Of a stretch of DNA of 64,000 bases, positions 54,202 to 63,861 are shown piece after piece. A model generated the notes under the pieces. The model was not told the DNA's origin. It did no database searches and saw nothing but the letters and a program-made list of their open reading frames with translations. The translations under genes were made by a program, and so were the position numbers. Source of the stretch: Dehalococcoidia bacterium. Its GTDB lineage: Bacteria > Chloroflexota > Dehalococcoidia > Lucifugimonadales > UBA3495. The stretch's first letter is position 1, and every line of letters starts with the position of its first letter. Location: NCBI GenBank assembly GCA_965220305.1, contig OZ244817.1, positions 1,571,919 through 1,635,918 of the forward strand, read 5' to 3'.

Positions 54202-54660
54202 TTATCCCAGGAACTCGATGCCAGCGCCCACTATCTCTATCTGCATGGCGCGGGTGTCGGGAGCGCCCTCGTCGAAGGTCACGCCCACGGTAATGTTGAG
54301 ACCCAGGTTAACCTCGGGCGTGCCGGGAATCTCAAAACGGCCGTCCAGGTGGTCGCCCTTCAGGTCGATGTCCATGTGCTCGGCTATCCGCTTCTCCCCG
54401 TCATAGACAATGACCTCTTTGACCGTGGCATGAGAGCGGGTGCGGAAGCTGAGCAACGCGGCCTCGGCCTTGGTCCGTGAGCCGTTGTTGACGGTGGGGG
54501 TGGGAATGGGGAAGTGTACCCAGGTATTCTGCCCTCCGTTTCCTTCGATGCGGACGAAGGGCCCGGTGTGCCGTACCGAGGTGATGCGGTAGAGATATTC
54601 GGCCTGCATACTTGCGCCGTGTACCCAGGAGGTAAATTTGCTGTCTGGCATGTCTTTCAC
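54202..54660 (-). CDS. hypothetical protein (152 aa)
   Basis: Clean ORF with host-like codon usage; no motif recognised. Confidence 0.45.
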   Translation of the reverse strand: MKDMPDSKFTSWVHGASMQAEYLYRITSVRHTGPFVRIEGNGGQNTWVHFPIPTPTVNNGSRTKAEAALLSFRTRSHATVKEVIVYDGEKRIAEHMDIDLKGDHLDGRFEIPGTPEVNLGLNITVGVTFDEGAPDTRAMQIEIVGAGIEFLG

Positions 54661-54939
54661 TCCCTCGACTGTTATTCAAGGCGCCCCCCGGTGTTTGGGT
54701 GGCCTACCAGACAGCCCGTGGGCAGCCCGGGTACCGCAATACCGGGTGGGTGAGGTGATTATAGCCTGTATGGGAAGGATGGTACAGTACGGCGGCTTGC
54801 CCTTCGACAAAGCTCCTTCCCCCTTGACTGGGAAAAGTTGGGAGGGGGGTGAATCCCTCGGTACACTTTGGCAACCCTAAAAGAAACGGCCCCACCCTAA
54901 TCCTCCCCCAGAAGGGGAGGGGACTTTCAAGACACCCCC

Positions 54940-56241
54940 TTAGACGGCGTAACGGTCGCGGCTGCGCCGACCGGCCCGGAAGGTGTAAAGCCCGCCCAAC
55001 CCGATGGCGCACGCCAGTACCGCAATACCGATGACGACGCCGACAACAATCCAAATCATGTTAGAAGAATCCTTTTCTCTCAATACCACGCTCACGGGAG
55101 CGTTGGGTTCCTCGGGTTGTTCCCTTTCCGCATCCTCCGGGGCGGCTTCCACGAGAAAGTCCTTATTGCGGACTTCGCCCAGGCTTTCCAAAAATGCGGT
55201 AGCTTGCGCGAAGTCGCCGGGAAACACTCGAAAGGATACCTCGGCCCGCTCTCGTCCGTCGTGTACCGAGACATGTACCAGGTCTATCTCGCCCTTTAGG
55301 GACTCGACCTGGGCCAGCACATCGTCCACCCGTTGGGCCACCCGGGAGGTTTCCACCACCAGGGAGGCCGAGGGCGGCGGGGCCACGGAGACGCCCCGGG
55401 GGAACAGGGACACGGTAATGGTGCCCAGGGCCACCTGCCGCTCCAGGAAGTTGAGCCGTCCCTCAAGTCGCTCTATATCCGAGCGTACCCGGTTAAGTTC
55501 CCGCTCCACGGCCAGTATTTCACTGACCTGGTTGGCCCGGTCCAGCAACGCCAGCAGGCTTTTCTCCTCCCGCTGGGAGCTACCCAGACGGGCATTCAGG
55601 TCAATGAGCTGCTCGGACACATCCTCGCGTCCCAGGTCCTGGTCCAACATCTTCCCCAGGGCCTCGATACGCTGTAGCGCCGCCGAGAACCGCTCCTGGG
55701 GGACGCGAAGGATGATGGTGGCCTGCCGCTCATCCCCCTCGCCGAAGCTGGACATCTGTTGGACGAACCCGCCCGTCCCCTGGGCAATTTCGCGCACCTG
55801 GCCGATGGCCGCTGGCACGTCCTCCACCCGCAGGGAGAGGGATGCGGTGGATATGACCTGCCGCTGGGCCGCCGGTAGCTGGCCGTCGATGGGGCCTGGA
55901 CTACCGGGGGGGCCGGGAGCGGACGAGGCCGGGGCCGGAGTTGCCGTTGGCATGGCATGAGGCTGTCGGGGTGGCGCTGCGGTCGGCGCTGGCATGGGTA
56001 CGGGCGCTCCTTGGAAGAAGTCCATGCCCGGGAACTTGGGGCGGTCAAGTCCCATTTCCATCGGGAGGGCGGAGTTGTCCAGAGAGTCCCCATGCTCTTG
56101 GAGACGATCCGATGTCGGAGTATCTAGGACGTCGATTGACCTGGAACCGGAGGTGGCTCCGGTAGCGCAGGTAAACCCCAGGAACAACACTATTACCAGC
56201 AGGGGTATTACTATCGCAAGGGCAACCAGCAACTTCTTCAT
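54940..56241 (-). CDS. DUF4349 domain lipoprotein with C-terminal TM anchor
   Basis: Start at MKKLLVALAIVIPLLVIVLFLGFTCATG (AGGAGA RBS). Core VISTASLSLRVEDVPAAIGQVREIAQGTGGFVQQ...DVSEQLIDLNARL...LERQVALGTITVSL. Confidence 0.7.
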   Translation of the reverse strand: MKKLLVALAIVIPLLVIVLFLGFTCATGATSGSRSIDVLDTPTSDRLQEHGDSLDNSALPMEMGLDRPKFPGMDFFQGAPVPMPAPTAAPPRQPHAMPTATPAPASSAPGPPGSPGPIDGQLPAAQRQVISTASLSLRVEDVPAAIGQVREIAQGTGGFVQQMSSFGEGDERQATIILRVPQERFSAALQRIEALGKMLDQDLGREDVSEQLIDLNARLGSSQREEKSLLALLDRANQVSEILAVERELNRVRSDIERLEGRLNFLERQVALGTITVSLFPRGVSVAPPPSASLVVETSRVAQRVDDVLAQVESLKGEIDLVHVSVHDGRERAEVSFRVFPGDFAQATAFLESLGEVRNKDFLVEAAPEDAEREQPEEPNAPVSVVLREKDSSNMIWIVVGVVIGIAVLACAIGLGGLYTFRAGRRSRDRYAV

Positions 56242-56521
56242 CAATTCTCCTGCTTCAATACTACACACTTGTTCTGACTCGTGCAGGGCGGCGAGAGTTC
56301 CCGATTGGCGGAACTTACTCCCCAGTGGCGGCGATTCCGTTGGGAATGCGCCCAAGGGTTTATCGGTTATCCGTACGCATCCGTTCAGTCTGAGCTTGTC
56401 GAAGGGCCGGTAGGTGGTTTGCACGCCCGCCATGAGTGCTTTTCCAGTCACAATTGATAGGCCCAAGATCGCGTCAACATATACTTGAAGCCACGGGGCG
56501 GGTGTGTTATCCTAGGATTGT

Positions 56522-56598
56522 CGGGGCGTAGCGCAGCCCGGGAGCGCACCTGCATGGGGTGCAGGGGGTCGCCAGTTCAAATCTGGCCGCCCCGACCA
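56522..56598 (+). tRNA. tRNA-Pro (anticodon GGG), CCA encoded
   Basis: Acceptor CGGGGCG/CGCCCCG. Anticodon arm CCTGC-ATGGGGT-GCAGG. T arm GCCAG-TTCAAAT-CTGGC. Confidence 0.9.
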
Positions 56599-57038
56599 GT
56601 AATCCCCACCAAGACCCTCCACTTTTGCTTTCAAGCGACCCTTCCAGCCCGGCAGATGGCTCTCTCTGGGCTTCCCTCACCAGCCACACCCTCTGACCAC
56701 CTTCATGCACCGGCCACGGCGCGGTATCACTCCGTCAACATACCCCAGTGAGCCCGTGCCCCCGTGCCGCAACCCTGCGGGAACTTCGCCGCCCGGGACC
56801 CTTCCAGTTACTCCTCGCCTCCTTCCCCTTCCAGCCCGGGCAGCGCTGACCCCGGCGTTCCTCGGACTTCGGCGCAGTCCCCAAGACGTTGTGAATGGGG
56901 CATGACGGCATGGCTCAGGAAAACCCCCGAAAGCAGGGCGGGAACTAATTGCCCTCGTCTTTCGTCAGGTTAACAATGGGGGCAGCAATTGTTCCCCATC
57001 CCAACTCAGCGCTCATTTCAGGTTAAGGGGTTATTGGA

Positions 57039-58658
57039 ATGTTCACTTTTATGAAATCATTATCCTTGGTGGGGATGGCGCTGCTAATGGTCGCGCTGGT
57101 GGCCTGCGGAAGCGCCGCCCAGGAAAGACAATTCTCGGCGCAAACTGCCGATGCCCCCGCCGCCATGCAGAAAATAGGCGTTGAAGTTCAACCAGCGGCG
57201 CTAGCCCCTACTGCAGTCCCGGCGGCGGCGGCCCAACCTGCCTCCATGTTACTGGGCGACAGCCCAGCGGAAGGCATGTTGGTGTCTGATTCCCAGGTGG
57301 CCCGGGCCGCTCAGAACCGCGTTATCGTCCGCACCGTGGATATGCTGTTGGTGGTTTCCGACGTGGCCCAATCCGTAGACCGCGTCGCGGCGGTGGCCCA
57401 GGAGTTCGGCGGGTGGGTGGTAAACGCCGACCGAAGCTCCAACCACAGCGGCTTCGTCTCCATAAGAGTGCCCGCCCAGCAACTGGACCAGGCCGTCCTG
57501 CGCCTGCGGCAGTCAGCGATAGATGTAGAGTACGAGATGTCCACCAGCGAGGATGTGACCGCCCAATTCGTGGACAACGAGGCCCGCCTCCGCAGCATGG
57601 AAGCCACGGAAAAATCCCTGTTGGAGCTGATGGGGCGGTCCGGGTCGGTGAAAGACACCCTGGAGGTGCAGCGGTCACTGGCGGAGTTGCAAGCCGAGAT
57701 AGAGACGGTGAAAGGCCGACTGCGGTTCCTGCGGGAGACGGCGGCCTACTCCCTGGTCAACGTCAACCTACGGCTGGCGTCGGTGGAAATGCCGGTCAAC
57801 GCCGGGGCGGACCAGACTTTCAGCGTGGGACAGATTGCCCGGTTCCGCGCCACCTTCGAGCCACCCCCGGGCATCGAGGACTTCAGTTTCCTGTGGGACT
57901 TCGGCGACGGCTCGCCGCCGGTATCCGGAACCGCCAGCGCCCCCAGTCCCGGCGGCAGCGGTCGGGTCACGGCCACCGTCAACCACACCTACAACGACGA
58001 CCGGGACTCCCCCTTCATCGTCCAGTTCGAGATGTCGGGCAGCGGCGACGCCGGACGGGCCGAGGGGACCGACACGCTAATCGCCACCGTCACCAAAATT
58101 CCCTCCATTGAGGTGTTCGCCGGCGAGGACCGGGAGACCGAGGCGGGCCGCGAGGTGGAGTACGCCGGTTCATTCACCCGGCCCCGGGGGCTGGAGAACA
58201 TCCAATACCGCTGGGACTTCGGCGACGGCTCTCCTCCGCTGGCCGGGGTGTCCGAGGAGGGAGTCACCCGGGCCGTGGCAACCCACGCCTACGCCGACCA
58301 TCGCATCAGGCCCTATACCGTGACCCTGACGGTCTCCGCCGACAGCCAGGCCGGACAGGTGGAAGGTTCCAGTTCCTTCACGGTGCAGGTGGCCGAGGCC
58401 AGGGGGCTCATTATCGGCGGCTGGAGCGCCGGCGCCACCGGCAAAACAGCGATACGGGCGCTGTCCGTGGTGGCCCAGGGCCTGGGCACTATCATCATCT
58501 GGCTGGCTATTTTCAGCCCGGTATGGCTAATCGGCGGTGGGATTATTTACGTGATAGCTCGGGTGAGGCGTCGCCGACGGTACCCGGGCGCCAGAGATTC
58601 CTTCTACCAGGGTCTTGGGGAGCGGAACGACGATGAGACCACCGAAGAAGAGCGATGA
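57039..58658 (+). CDS. DUF4349 domain lipoprotein with two PKD-like modules and a C-terminal TM anchor
   Basis: Signal ...LLMVALVACGS. Core VIVRTVDMLLVVSDVAQSVDRVAAVAQEFGGWVV...DVTAQFVDNEARL...LRETAAYSLVNVNL. FLWDFGDGSP and YRWDFGDGSP. Confidence 0.7.
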   Translation: MFTFMKSLSLVGMALLMVALVACGSAAQERQFSAQTADAPAAMQKIGVEVQPAALAPTAVPAAAAQPASMLLGDSPAEGMLVSDSQVARAAQNRVIVRTVDMLLVVSDVAQSVDRVAAVAQEFGGWVVNADRSSNHSGFVSIRVPAQQLDQAVLRLRQSAIDVEYEMSTSEDVTAQFVDNEARLRSMEATEKSLLELMGRSGSVKDTLEVQRSLAELQAEIETVKGRLRFLRETAAYSLVNVNLRLASVEMPVNAGADQTFSVGQIARFRATFEPPPGIEDFSFLWDFGDGSPPVSGTASAPSPGGSGRVTATVNHTYNDDRDSPFIVQFEMSGSGDAGRAEGTDTLIATVTKIPSIEVFAGEDRETEAGREVEYAGSFTRPRGLENIQYRWDFGDGSPPLAGVSEEGVTRAVATHAYADHRIRPYTVTLTVSADSQAGQVEGSSSFTVQVAEARGLIIGGWSAGATGKTAIRALSVVAQGLGTIIIWLAIFSPVWLIGGGIIYVIARVRRRRRYPGARDSFYQGLGERNDDETTEEER

Positions 58659-58725
58659 CGAGGAAATGAGCGACTATGACCGGAGGATTCGGTTCTCCCG
58701 GGCTGGTTGGGCTTATGGACAAACT

Positions 58726-58754
58726 TGTAGGGGCGCACGGCCGTGCGCCCCTAC
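58726..58754. repeat. palindromic REP unit (second family)
   Basis: tgtaggggcgcacggccgtgcgcccctac. Confidence 0.7.
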
Positions 58755-59008
58755 GCTTGGGGAGACTTGGAGCGGGAGCATTACTCCGGCGGGCTCATCT
58801 TCAGCGGCGAGGCTGCGCCCAATCGAAAGGCCCTAGAACCAGGAGCTTTACGCTCTGGATGGGCAGCCGCCGCTTGGTGTATAATTGGCCTAATATGGGT
58901 TCAAATATTCCGAAAGTCGCCCCCCCTTGCCGGGAAGTGGGATATTCCAGTACGATAGCTCGGGCCCAAAGGCGTCGTCACCATCGCATCGCGAGCCGCT
59001 AGGATATT

Positions 59009-59587
59009 ATGGAACAGCCCCAAAGCCAAAGCCAGCTAGTCTACTGGGACAAGCACCGTATTCCGGTGAACATCACCCTGTTTTTCGCCATTGCGGTGGC
59101 GGCGTTCGGGGTTTACAGCGGGCCAGAGTGGATACTAGTCGCCGCTGGCATCGGAGTCGCCGCCTACTCCTGGTTTACCAATCCCCGCCGGTACATGATT
59201 TACCAGGACGCCCTGACGCTAGTTTACGGCATGCCCCGGATGCGGGTGATTCACTTCGCCAACATATCCCGCCTGGAGATGCAGACCCTGGGAACTCCGG
59301 ACCGGCTGCGGGTATGGCTGACCAACGGTCGCCGGGTGGTGTTGTTGGCCCGGGATCCGGACGCCTTCCACGAGCAACTTCAGATGGCCATCTACGAGTA
59401 CGCCCGAAATTACCCGGACTACGGCGCTCTCCAAGAAGTGGTGGTGGAGCCGCCCCCGGCTTACGACGCCGCTCCCGACGTGGAAGACCAACTACCGGAG
59501 GACCTGGAGCGTCCCGCCGAAGACCCGGAGCCGCCCCGGAAGGACGCCGACTCTCCCCCCACCACCCGGCCCCCGGACTTCACGTAG
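59009..59587 (+). CDS. membrane protein, possibly bacterial PH (YdbS-like) domain, with an acidic Pro-rich tail
   Basis: Two predicted TM helices (ITLFFAIAVAAFGVY, WILVAAGIGVAAYSW) then a beta-rich segment. The domain call is a guess. Confidence 0.4.
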   Translation: MEQPQSQSQLVYWDKHRIPVNITLFFAIAVAAFGVYSGPEWILVAAGIGVAAYSWFTNPRRYMIYQDALTLVYGMPRMRVIHFANISRLEMQTLGTPDRLRVWLTNGRRVVLLARDPDAFHEQLQMAIYEYARNYPDYGALQEVVVEPPPAYDAAPDVEDQLPEDLERPAEDPEPPRKDADSPPTTRPPDFT

Positions 59588-59618
59588 CGGCTGGAAGAGG
59601 CCTCCCCTAGCCCCCAAA

Positions 59619-59648
59619 CCCTGGATTCCGGCCTCCGCCGGAACACGG
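59619..59648 (-). repeat. REP-like palindromic unit
   Basis: ccctggattccggcctccgccggaacacgg. Confidence 0.6.
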
Positions 59649-59683
59649 CCACGCGCCCTTACGCCACCCTCGTCAGCTACACC

Positions 59684-60865
59684 TCAGTAAATTACCTGCT
59701 CCTCCAGCAGTGCCTCCACTTCCGGCGCTGGGAGGCCCAACAGCTCATCGAAGACGTAGGAATTGTGCTGTCCCCGTACCGGCTGGCCGGTGATGTCGGC
59801 CTCCACCTGGTGGTTGAACCGCCAGGGAGTGATGGGAAGCTCCCGGGCAGTCCCCGGGCTGGCCTGGTCCTGGTAGGTCCGAAAGAAGCCCCGCTGTCGC
59901 AGGTGCGGGTTGTCCCATAGCTGGTCCACTCCGGTCGCCAGCCCGGCGGGCACGCCGGCATCCTGTAGTTGGACCATCAAGGCCAGACCCTCCCGCTCCC
60001 TGGTGCGGGAGGCTAGGGCTGCGTCCAGGGCTTCCCGGTTCTTCCTCCGGCTGTCGGAACCGGCGAACCGCGAGTCTACCAGGACTTCGGGCTGTCCCAG
60101 TACCCGGCATAGGGCCACCCACTGGTCGTCGGTGGACACGGCGATGCCTATCCACTGGTCTACCCCTCGGCAGGGGTAATTACCGTGGGGAGCGTCGCTC
60201 AGGTCCAGGTTCCCCACCGGCTCCCGCACCCGCCCGTTCATGGCGTAGTCCATGATGATTTCCGGCAGCAGCATGGTGGTGGCTTCGGCCATAGACAGGT
60301 CGATGTACTGGCCTTCGCCGGACTCCCAGCAGCGGTGCAGGGCGGCGTTTATCAGGAACACCTCCAGCATCCCCACCATCGGGTCCGTCCAGATCCCGCC
60401 GATGTCTGGCTCCCGGCCCGGGTAGCCCTGGAGTATGCTCCAGCCGGTGAAACACTGCACCAGGGTGCCGTAGGCCACCTGCTGCATGTCCGGCCCGGAG
60501 TGCCCCAGTCCGGCGGAGGAAAGCATGATTATCTCCGGCCTGGCCTGCCGCAATTCATCGTACCCCAGCCCCAGACGCTCGATGACCCCCGGGGCGAAGT
60601 TCTCGATAACCACGTCGCTGAGGCCAATCAACCGCTTGGCCAACGCCAGGCCCTTGGGGTGGGCCAGGTTGAGGGTGATGCTCTTCTTGGACTGGTTGAT
60701 GAAATGGCTGATGGTGCGTTCCCGGTAGGGGTCGGGCCGCCGGTTGCTCTCGATGCGGATGACCTCGGCACCTATGACCCCCAGGTAGCGGGTGCAGGTG
60801 GGCCCGGCAATCTGCCAGCTAAAGTCGGCAACTCTTACTCCGTCCAGGGGGAGTTTATTGGACAT
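59684..60865 (-). CDS. family III CoA-transferase (CaiB/BaiF)
   Basis: LDGVRVADFSWQIAGPTCTRYLGVIGAEVIRIESNRRPD. Confidence 0.85.
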   Translation of the reverse strand: MSNKLPLDGVRVADFSWQIAGPTCTRYLGVIGAEVIRIESNRRPDPYRERTISHFINQSKKSITLNLAHPKGLALAKRLIGLSDVVIENFAPGVIERLGLGYDELRQARPEIIMLSSAGLGHSGPDMQQVAYGTLVQCFTGWSILQGYPGREPDIGGIWTDPMVGMLEVFLINAALHRCWESGEGQYIDLSMAEATTMLLPEIIMDYAMNGRVREPVGNLDLSDAPHGNYPCRGVDQWIGIAVSTDDQWVALCRVLGQPEVLVDSRFAGSDSRRKNREALDAALASRTREREGLALMVQLQDAGVPAGLATGVDQLWDNPHLRQRGFFRTYQDQASPGTARELPITPWRFNHQVEADITGQPVRGQHNSYVFDELLGLPAPEVEALLEEQVIY

Positions 60866-61021
60866 AGGATTTCAACCTTTCGTCCAGGTCCCGCCATACC
60901 GCAAGGGTGGGTGGTGGTATCTCGGTATGGCGGGCCGGGGGGGTCTTGGGCTGCGGCCTGCCTAAAGGAGTCTCGCCTGCGGGCGGGACCCTAACGGGTT
61001 CCCCAGGGTGCGCCGGGACTG

Positions 61022-61648
61022 CTAGGAGCGGGCCACCTCACCCGGCTCGTAGACCGGGCGCACCAGCTCGAAAATATCGGCGGTGTGGCAGTACATATTG
61101 CCCGCCAACCTGCCGGTGGGCTTCAACAACTGATGGTTGATCCGGTGCCCGTTGATGATGTCGTCCCGGATGTGCAGCAGCACGACTTCCCCGATAACCA
61201 GCCCGTGTTGGTGGTCGCCCTGGCCGATGGTGACTACCTGGTTCAAACGGCACTCCATGTTGACCGGCGACTCCGCCACCCGGGGAGCCTTCACTATCTG
61301 CGACGGCGCCGGGGTGAGCCCGGCGATGTCAAACTCGCTGACGGCGGCGGGGTACTCGGCGGCGGTCCTGTTCATGGCCTCGGCAATGTCATCCACCACC
61401 GTATTCACCACGAACTCGCCGGTCTCCTCGATATTCGCCAGGGTGTCCTTCTCCTTGACCCCGGCGTGACGGGAGGACGAGAAAACGATGGTGGGAGGGT
61501 CGTAGGCGACGGCGTTGAAGAAGGAATAGGGGGCCAGGTTCACCAGGCCACCGGCGGAAACGGTGGAAACGAAGGCGATGGGACGGGGCACCACGACGCC
61601 GGTGAGCACGCGGTTGAACCCTTCAAAGTTCCTTGGGTCGATAATCAA
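61022..61648 (-). CDS. flavin reductase-like FMN-binding protein
   Basis: VVPRPIAFVSTVSAGGLVNLAPYSFFNAVAYDPP. Confidence 0.8.
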   Translation of the reverse strand: MIIDPRNFEGFNRVLTGVVVPRPIAFVSTVSAGGLVNLAPYSFFNAVAYDPPTIVFSSSRHAGVKEKDTLANIEETGEFVVNTVVDDIAEAMNRTAAEYPAAVSEFDIAGLTPAPSQIVKAPRVAESPVNMECRLNQVVTIGQGDHQHGLVIGEVVLLHIRDDIINGHRINHQLLKPTGRLAGNMYCHTADIFELVRPVYEPGEVARS

Positions 61649-61714
61649 AGTAAGTCTCCTAGCTTGGATTGGGTTGATGCGTCCGCCCAGCGGTCCATCG
61701 GGGCCCGCTGGCGT

Positions 61715-62890
61715 TTAGCCAAGGCCCGGGTCGCCCAACACCGCCTGGTTGTCCTGGCCCAGCAGGGGAGCCGGAGCCACCTGGAACCGCTTCCCTGAAC
61801 CCAACCGGATGGGCCACCCGGGATAGGGCAGTTTTCCGGCAGCGGGGTGCTCCGCCTCTACGAAGAACTCCCGGGCCTGGAACTGGGCCGAGTTAAACAG
61901 GTCGGCGGCGGTGTTAAGAGGGAAGGAAGGTATGTGGTTGGCCTGGGCTTCCCGGTACACTTCCTCCTTGCCCTGGCGAGAGGTCCAGTCGGAAAGCAGA
62001 GGCTCCAGGTCCTTCCAGTTGCTGACCCGGTCATCCCGGGTGGCGAACTTGGGGTCGGCGGCCCATTGGGGGTGGTCCATCATCGCCACGAACCGCTGCC
62101 ACTGGTCCTCCTGACGGGGCGAGATGCTCACGTAGCCGTCGCGGCAGGGCAGGATGGCCCGCAGCGACTCCAACCGGGCCACCGACTTGTGGCGGCCCCG
62201 GGGAGGAAGGCCCAGAGGGAACTCGGTCAGGGTGGTCTGGGGCAACAGAGCCAGGGACTCCACCTCGGATACGTCCACGTGGCAGCCCTCACCATGCTGT
62301 CGGCGGCGGTTCAGGGCCAGGGCGGCGGCGGCGGCGGCGTTCACGCCGGCCACAAACTCCGCCTGGTGGGCCGCCAGTTGCAGGGGTGGTTGCTGGGCCA
62401 GGTCGTCCACCGGACCGGGATGCTCCCGGGAAAAGCCGCTGAGGTTGGAGATAATCAGGTTGTTGGCCTGGTAGCCCGCCCAGGGGCCGCTCTGGCCGAA
62501 GGGAGTTACCGAGACCAGGACCAATCGGAGGTTGCGCTCCTGGAAGGCGGCGAAGTCCAGTCCCAGGTTGGGCAGGTATCCGGGAGGGAAATTCTCGATG
62601 AGCAGGTCCGCCTCCGCCGCCAGTTGCAGCAGCAGTTCCCGGCCTGCGACGGTCTCCAGGTCCAGGGTAATCCCCTGCTTGTTGGTATTGAGGGCCAGGT
62701 AGAGTCCACTCTGCTCCGGGTCGGGCACGTCCTCAGGGAAGGGGCCCAGGAGACGCGCCGGGTCGCCGGTGGGCGGCTCCACCTTGACCACGCGAGCGCC
62801 CAGGTCGGCGAACATCTTGGCGCAGAAGGGAGCGCTAATTCCCCGCCCCAGGTCCAAGACTTTCAGCCCTTCAAATAGGTCAAATGCCAT
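61715..62890 (-). CDS. family III CoA-transferase (CaiB/BaiF)
   Basis: LKVLDLGRGISAPFCAKMFADLGARVVKVEPPTGDPAR. Confidence 0.85.
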   Translation of the reverse strand: MAFDLFEGLKVLDLGRGISAPFCAKMFADLGARVVKVEPPTGDPARLLGPFPEDVPDPEQSGLYLALNTNKQGITLDLETVAGRELLLQLAAEADLLIENFPPGYLPNLGLDFAAFQERNLRLVLVSVTPFGQSGPWAGYQANNLIISNLSGFSREHPGPVDDLAQQPPLQLAAHQAEFVAGVNAAAAAALALNRRRQHGEGCHVDVSEVESLALLPQTTLTEFPLGLPPRGRHKSVARLESLRAILPCRDGYVSISPRQEDQWQRFVAMMDHPQWAADPKFATRDDRVSNWKDLEPLLSDWTSRQGKEEVYREAQANHIPSFPLNTAADLFNSAQFQAREFFVEAEHPAAGKLPYPGWPIRLGSGKRFQVAPAPLLGQDNQAVLGDPGLG

Positions 62891-63049
62891 GTGGGTGTGC
62901 CCCCGGCGATGGAAAGTTTAACGGGCCAGATGACTGACGCTATTTATATACCCCCACCGGCCCGGTGGCAAGGGAATGGTCCTGGCTCCCAGGGTCTTTC
63001 GATTCTCCGCGCGGAAGCCAGGCAGGCTTTCGGGCGGACTTCCTTCGCT

Positions 63050-63114
63050 GTCATTCTGAGGAGCCAACACTCCTGTCATTCTGAGGAGCCAACACTCCTG
63101 TCATTCTGAGGAGC
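63050..63114 (+). repeat. 2.6 tandem copies of a 25-bp unit GTCATTCTGAGGAGCCAACACTCCT
   Basis: Units at 63050-63074 and 63075-63099, then a partial unit from 63100. The core GTCATTCTGAG is shared with the MITE and the 34.7-kb repeats. Confidence 0.9.
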
Positions 63115-63354
63115 TTGCGACGAAGAATCTAAAGTGCTGCGGTTGCAAAAGGGGGTTGGCATCCCCACCATTTTAGGTCCTTCGCTCCGCTCAGGACGAC
63201 AGGGGGGCTCAGAGCGACAATCGAAGGGCCTGGCCGCGACCATTTTGACATTCCCCGGCGCCGCTGCTATTGTTGAACCGATTTTTGGCGACAAGCGGGG
63301 TACGTCCCACTTCTCGTGGTTACCCGTACCCTACAACACGGCAGGAGCGAAGCT

Positions 63355-63861
63355 ATGAATTGGGCGGAAACCATTGTCCAGGGGCTGAAAGACTGGAACA
63401 CATCGCTAATCGCCTATGTACCCGACATTTCCATCGACCGGGTGACCAGCATCATTGACGAAGACCCTTTTTTCCACCTGGTTTCGGCAACCCGGGAGGA
63501 GGAGGCTGTGGGCATAGCCGTTGGAGCCTACGCTACCGGCAGGAACTCGGCAGTGTTCATGCAGTCCAGCGGCTTCGGCAACAGCATCAATGCCATTGCC
63601 AGCCTGTGCATACCGGCCCGCACACCCATTCCCATGTTCATCAACCTGCGGGGCGGCCCCGGCGAGTTCAATATCGCCCAAGTGGCTATGGGCCGCACCA
63701 CCCGGCCCATTCTGGACCAGTTGGGCTTGGTGCACTTCACCCTGGAGGACGAGTACAAGATGGACAAGGTGGTGGACGGCGCGCTGAAGCTGTGCCACGC
63801 CAACCGGCAGCCGGTGGCCATCTGCCTGACCCAGTTGCTGCACGGAGGTAAACTTGCATAG
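63355..63861 (+). CDS. TPP-dependent decarboxylase, alpha (pyrimidine-binding) subunit, sulfopyruvate/phosphonopyruvate decarboxylase-like
   Basis: MNWAETIVQGLKDWNTSLIAYVPD...TREEEAVGIAVGAYATGRNSAVFMQSSGFGNSINAI; AGGAGC RBS. Confidence 0.7.
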   Translation: MNWAETIVQGLKDWNTSLIAYVPDISIDRVTSIIDEDPFFHLVSATREEEAVGIAVGAYATGRNSAVFMQSSGFGNSINAIASLCIPARTPIPMFINLRGGPGEFNIAQVAMGRTTRPILDQLGLVHFTLEDEYKMDKVVDGALKLCHANRQPVAICLTQLLHGGKLA

